This document shows positions 59,201 through 64,000 of a stretch of DNA of 64,000 bases, one piece after another. This stretch comes from Neoechinorhynchus agilis (lineage: Eukaryota > Animalia > Acanthocephala). The position numbers and the translations under genes are program-made. The DNA is taken from assembly GCA_051530055.1 (NCBI GenBank), contig CM121341.1:7542784-7606783 (forward strand), given 5' to 3'. The notes beneath the pieces were generated by a model. It saw only the letters and a list, made by a program, of their open reading frames with translations. It searched no databases and had not been told where the DNA came from. Positions within the stretch are counted from its first letter, which is position 1. Each line of letters opens with the position of its first letter.

Positions 59201-59335
59201 CGTTCATCTTGGAATAACGATAACTGTCTACCGACAGTCACCAGCTAACACGCCAACAGATCTTCCCATCAAGGATTTATTGGAACGCAGATCTTGCAAT
59301 GTTTGGTCAAGAGCTTCTAGAGCTTTTTTATGAGA
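59200..59335 (-). mobile_element. Helitron Pif1-helicase fragment abutting the RTE fragment
   Basis: SHKKALEALDQTLQDLRSNKSLMG..VLAGDCR*TVIVIPR*TP matches the Helitron motif AHKKALEALDRTLQDLR..MGG..LAGDFRQTLPVIPRGTP, with two nonsense changes. Confidence 0.8.
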
Positions 59336-60731
59336 TTTCCCCGTTAGTGTTGTGAATCATGGGCGTAGCGTAAAGTTTTAAGACCCGATACCCAAGGCCG
59401 CTCACCGCATAGATGATCGGCCTTCACATCAGCAATGACCAGTTGTTAATGTGACGGGAACTTTGGGCACTTTAAGGGTGTTGATCATAGAGGGAATTGA
59501 AAAACTGCCGGATGATGTGACTTTAAGAACAACGGAGAAGAGTTTGCAAAGAGTCTTCTAAGGAAGGAAGATGTTTTTCCAGGAGTCGAAACGGTAAGCA
59601 TTCATGAGGACATCATTCTTCAACGAAGAGTTTTTCACTGGAATGAACGGTCTGATAAAAGAACCTGCGTCTCAAGACCTTAATTTTTTTTATCTATACC
59701 AGGAAAGCTAAACCATTAAGCTCGATGATTAAGAAACGAGATGAACATGGAAGTAAAGGTGTTTAAAGAATTCCATGCACCGAATAAAGAAGAATAAAGA
59801 AACATAAATATGTTCTGATGAGAGGAACCGGTGCCAGTTCTGCCATACTCAACCATTTTACCCAACAAGGCCACTTACTGAACATCGACGACGACGCCGC
59901 CATTTTGGCTCGAAGTTAGTTCGGATTGGATTTTGGTCAGGTTGAAACAATAGAAGGAAGTGAGGTAGAATTCAAGCTTAACTTAAGAGGAGAGTGAATA
60001 TCCATCTTTTTAGGTGTGTATTTTGGACCTTGATGAAGGCATACAAATTTGCTGAAATATCGGATTCTATAAATTACTTCAAATTTTCCGCCATATAAAA
60101 ACATGAATAATGCAATCCTCAAACATTTCAAAAAAGGTAAATCATTTTGAATTTTTTTACTAATTTTTCGATTATTTATATATACTGAAGTTCCAAAAAT
60201 GCTTCTAATCGTTATTGGTACTTCGAAATAAAGGGTTTTTTTCGTTAGAGGGAAACATTTTAGGCCCGTGTAAAGAGATTAAAGAATGATTCTTTAATCA
60301 ATAATTAGGTAAGCTCCGTAGACTTTAATTTTATTGTGGGTTTGTGGAGTTTTGATTTATTTACAAGTTCTGAAAGTTTTGCATTCCTGTGATAAATTGT
60401 CAAGAGCATCACCATTAAGACTCTTTATTGGTGAATAAAGTGAAAATAAGTTTTTTTCAATATAGGAACCGATCATGTTAATGTGTCAAGAAGATGTATA
60501 ATTATGACTTACAAAAATCATTTGTCAATCATGGAATAATGGATGTAGAAAATGGTAATATCGCTTTTAATTCAGAATGGACTTAATACTCCCATTAATT
60601 TTTCGTTAAAATTAAAGCACACAATTATCGGATTTAGCATTCGGATATTAATTCGAATAAGGAATTTTAGAAAAATTCGTTGCCAAAACGTAATCTCCGC
60701 AAAGTCTTAAAACACACCCACATATTATATT

Positions 60732-61240
60732 TCATGTTTTTAAAGGATTTCCATTGACACCGATCAACATCATATCTATCTTATGCACTTCGAATGAGCC
60801 ATATTGATCGGAATTAAATACTTGTACTTCCCAATAACCTCTCGGATCTTCGAACCAATTGAGCACCGACGTAAACTGCCAATTCTTAAATCCTTTACGT
60901 CTATCAGTGTCAAAAGGCCGAATATCCAACATTTCCACACTGTTATTGGTAGGAGACACAAGCACAATTCTCAGTTTAGACTGATCCGTTTTTCGTGTCC
61001 TCTGCACTGTTCGTTAATGCAGTTCTCCAAAAATCTGATATCTGTCGCATCCATAGTCCTTATCAACCATTCCCGGCACCGCCTTGTCCTCGCTACCCTA
61101 CACTTATTCTATATCGAGCATTTCTTATAGCGAACTTCATTATCTTTTCTCAATCTCCAGTTGTTTCTTTGAACTTTGAAATCCAATAATACCTTTCCTG
61201 ACGCGAACGCAGTCCGGCACGACTCCATTTTCAAGACATT
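60732..61240 (-). pseudogene. Fragment of a proprotein convertase (kexin/furin-like) gene: P-domain and preceding segment, frameshifted
   Basis: LRIVLVSPTNNSVEMLDIRPFDTDRRKGFKNWQFTSVLNWFEDPRGYWEVQV..KIDMMLIGV matches the P-domain. Upstream VLLD..NNW..KKC and IRFLEN lie in shifted frames. No catalytic-triad exons were seen. Confidence 0.7.
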
Positions 61241-61474
61241 CCTGCATGAGTTTCAATTAGCGATGTTTAATTCAAAAAATAGATTTATCTTTAAAATTTC
61301 CGGCCTTTTCGTTAACATTCTTCAGGTAATCTACAATTTAAAAGAAGCATTGTCAAATAGTTTATCCGGTGGGACTCGCAGACTGAGTTTATAGTCAGCT
61401 TTGTTGCTTACAAAAGTACCAGTTTACTGGATGCCCCGAACATCAATTTCCGAAGCTACGCTTCACTCTGTGCG

Positions 61475-61986
61475 TTGACAGCAAAACGAATTGATGGTTC
61501 AACGGAGTCCGATTTGAGTAAGATGGAAAAAATAAGAGATGTTATGCGTGTAAATGTTCGTGTAGAAGACCAAAGAGTATCCACATTATTGAAAACAAAT
61601 ATAATCACGGCATCATCCGCAAAGAAACCATTAAATAAGGTGATGCCGGTAAAGGTTGCTGAGATTGAAGGCGAAATTCTTAATAATCTCAACAATGCAA
61701 AAGAGAAGGGCTTCCTTGATCAGCCTTCTTTGGTGACCGTTCTACACCATGTTCGCTCCTTTCCAGTGTCAAGATTCTTAGGAATTATATCTTCCATTTG
61801 AGCACCAATTATCGAGATGACCTTATTTAATGGTTTCTTTGCGGATGATGCCGTGATTATATTTGTTTTCAATCATGTGGATACTCTTTGGTCTTCTACA
61901 CGAACATTTACACGCATAGCATCTCTTATTTTTTCCATCTTGCTCACATCCGGCTCCGTCGAACCATCAATTCGTTTTGCTGTCAT
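61475..61986. repeat. Inverted duplication of about 170 bp with a spacer of about 170 bp
   Basis: 61475-61645 is the near-perfect reverse complement of 61818-61986; the ORF track shows mirrored peptides. Confidence 0.9.
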
Positions 61987-62199
61987 CGTCATTATTATTA
62001 GTTTGGATTCGTGAAATCGGATGAACTTTATATCGAATAGAAATCGTTTTGATCCGCTTTAAATGGCTAATAGCTATTTATCTCATGACCAAATTGCTTG
62101 TATGTGCGCTTGTCTAATTCTGGTCGATGAAGATTTAAAGATCACGGCGGTCGTATTTCTTCGGTCTTCATCAGTGAAAATGTGAATGTTGAGCCGTTT

Positions 62200-62790
62200 T
62201 GTTGAACTACAAGACGGTTGTTCTTAAAGTCTTTAGATATCTTTCCTCCCAAGAGTGAACGGCGGTAGTGGTAAATGGCTAAAATCGATGAAATTTATGA
62301 AAAAAAAGGCCAAGGTCAGCCATTCAACGGTTTTTTGCTTACCATTTTAGACACATTTGTGTTGATGAAAGCCTTCATTCGAAAGTGTTATCACTTCGAC
62401 GTACTTACTAGATCAGGAGCTATTTTGATTTTTACACTTGCTGATTTATTCTTGAAGTCTCAGGCCGTGTTGAGTGTAGAAAATTGTGCTTTTCAACACA
62501 AATTGGAGCTGTCCCTCCTACTGGTCACCTTATTTGCTCCTTAGAGATGTTTTGCCTTTTATCTTTCAACAGTACTCTAAGAAGCCTCATTCCTTGTTGG
62601 ATGGGTGGCTGATGGAAACCTTCCTGGATATCTCTTCCATCCCCAGGTTCAGAGTTTTGTTTGACACGACTTCTTGGTAGCTTTAATCGATGCATCAGTA
62701 ACGCATCTTTGTCCTGGTAGCAGTTCAATCCGTCAATGACAAGATCTGCCGCGAGTGCGCTAATTTCTTCGGTACTGCCTCCTGCGCACA
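62200..62790 (-). mobile_element. Decayed BEL/Pao-like LTR retrotransposon fragment (RNase H-integrase linker region)
   Basis: Broken minus-strand STEEISA..LLRV..EQ..P, then CLK..AK..MADL and PFTTTAV, resembling the BEL motifs CxxC..MADLP..PF..TGVD. Confidence 0.5.
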
Positions 62791-64000
62791 ATAGGCTTAA
62801 GCTCTCAATCGATTTTAATAGAAGAATAGCTTAGTCAATTGACCGAATATCTTCCTCTGCTGGGTAAACTTGTAGATTCGCGAGATTTGAATACGCCTGC
62901 TAGGAAAAATATTCCGTTGATTTATCAAAGTGAACTCTACTTGTTTATTTCGGATTCACTGGGTTGGAGGATTTTACAAAAAATAATAAATTGCATAACA
63001 TAAAATGAATCGTCCAATTTTTTAGAGGTATAGTCGAAAAACCTATCTTTAATAGGCCAGATTTAGGAAAAAAATAGTATGATTGAGATCTACTTCGTGG
63101 TTAAAAGATTCCCTTTTTACTTTATCCTTAAGGACTAGATTTTTTCAAGTTTGAAGAGCTCTTTAACTCTGTAGAGAACAGATCGCCTTACAACATCGAA
63201 TGTTTTATTGATTTCTATTTTTGAAACAATTTTGTTTGTTCGATATATTAAATCTTGGTGTCATTTTCCTTATCTTTAATTTCTGTTTAAACGCGATCTT
63301 CTGTTTCTCTTGGACTCAGGAAATCTTGTATATTCTTTGCTCTTTTCCTGTTAAGTTAACTTGTCTCAATCTGAATGAATACAATCGTAAGAAGTCGAGG
63401 TTTGGACGCGAGTTCCCAACTATTGTTTCCGTTCAATTGTTTTTGAACTGTGTTTGTTGTAAAATCGTAATGACAATCAAACTCCGTGGTTCAATGTAGT
63501 ACATTTTTGAGAACAACACGTTTTATTGCTCCCTCAAATAAGCAAAATCGACTTTCATTTGAAATAGTTTAACTGTTTCTCTTTTCAAGCATAAATTTCC
63601 GATTCGCATTGTCCGTAATATGGTCATCTTAATAGCGATTGTCAAATTCAGCAACTCGCCATGCTCTAATGTCATTCACCGACGCCATTTCTCAGTTTCG
63701 TGTATAAGATGGAGCAAAGTTATTCAGTCTTTAAACCTACGAATAGTTTTTATGCTCCCGATGCAGAGTTTACTTTCCGGAGTCATCCGTCATTGGGCCT
63801 TTTCACCCGCATGTGGCCTTTTCCTGAAGCCCACTTAAATTTAAAACTTTACCATTTCGCCATTCCAAATCACCATTTTCCACCAACCAAAGGCAGGTAT
63901 TTTGGCCCAAGTACACAAAATATCACCCAGAGATTTTGACGATCGAACTTTTGTAGGTTTTACCTCGTTTTAAACTGACGATGATGTTCACTAATCGTGA

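Noticed and set aside
59873-59903. Minus-strand ATGGCGGCG...CA|GTAAGT first-exon-like signal with a GCCGCCATTTT (YY1-like) motif
   Set aside because: No downstream exon could be linked and it lies within transposon debris; kept only as a note.

Overview
AT-rich eukaryotic (animal) genomic DNA, not prokaryotic; no CRISPR array, rRNA or tRNA is supportable. The window is gene-dense with very short GT-AG introns (about 30-50 nt). Genes called: a WD40/coiled-coil ciliary-type protein, a CNG channel, a ShKT-domain secreted peptide, a bacterial-type YbaY/YscW-fold secreted protein (horizontal transfer candidate), an RBR E3 ligase, an RRM protein, neurabin, a Pro-rich articulin-like protein, GLRX5, SUCLG2, a long coiled-coil protein, a Nup214-like FG nucleoporin and a divergent H1-like basic protein. 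Five satellite families are present (monomers about 132, 155, 179, 312 and 315-430 bp), plus foldback elements and many decayed transposon fragments (LINE RT and 3' ends, Penelope GIY-YIG, RTE, Helitron helicase, BEL/Pao), all on the minus strand. The most striking signal is in four introns whose position is fixed by conserved protein motifs (CNG S1-S2, RBR RING1, neurabin PDZ, SUCLG2). The best-aligning junction is not GT-AG, and the two intron ends are complementary to each other, symmetrically placed with 1-2 unpaired nt at each end. Three further intervals, two spanning satellite arrays, show the same end-pairing. This suggests a class of hairpin-bounded non-canonical introns, or RNA bridges that span long introns. 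All family assignments are from remembered motifs, not database searches. Homopolymer variation in the arrays suggests some indel error in the assembly.
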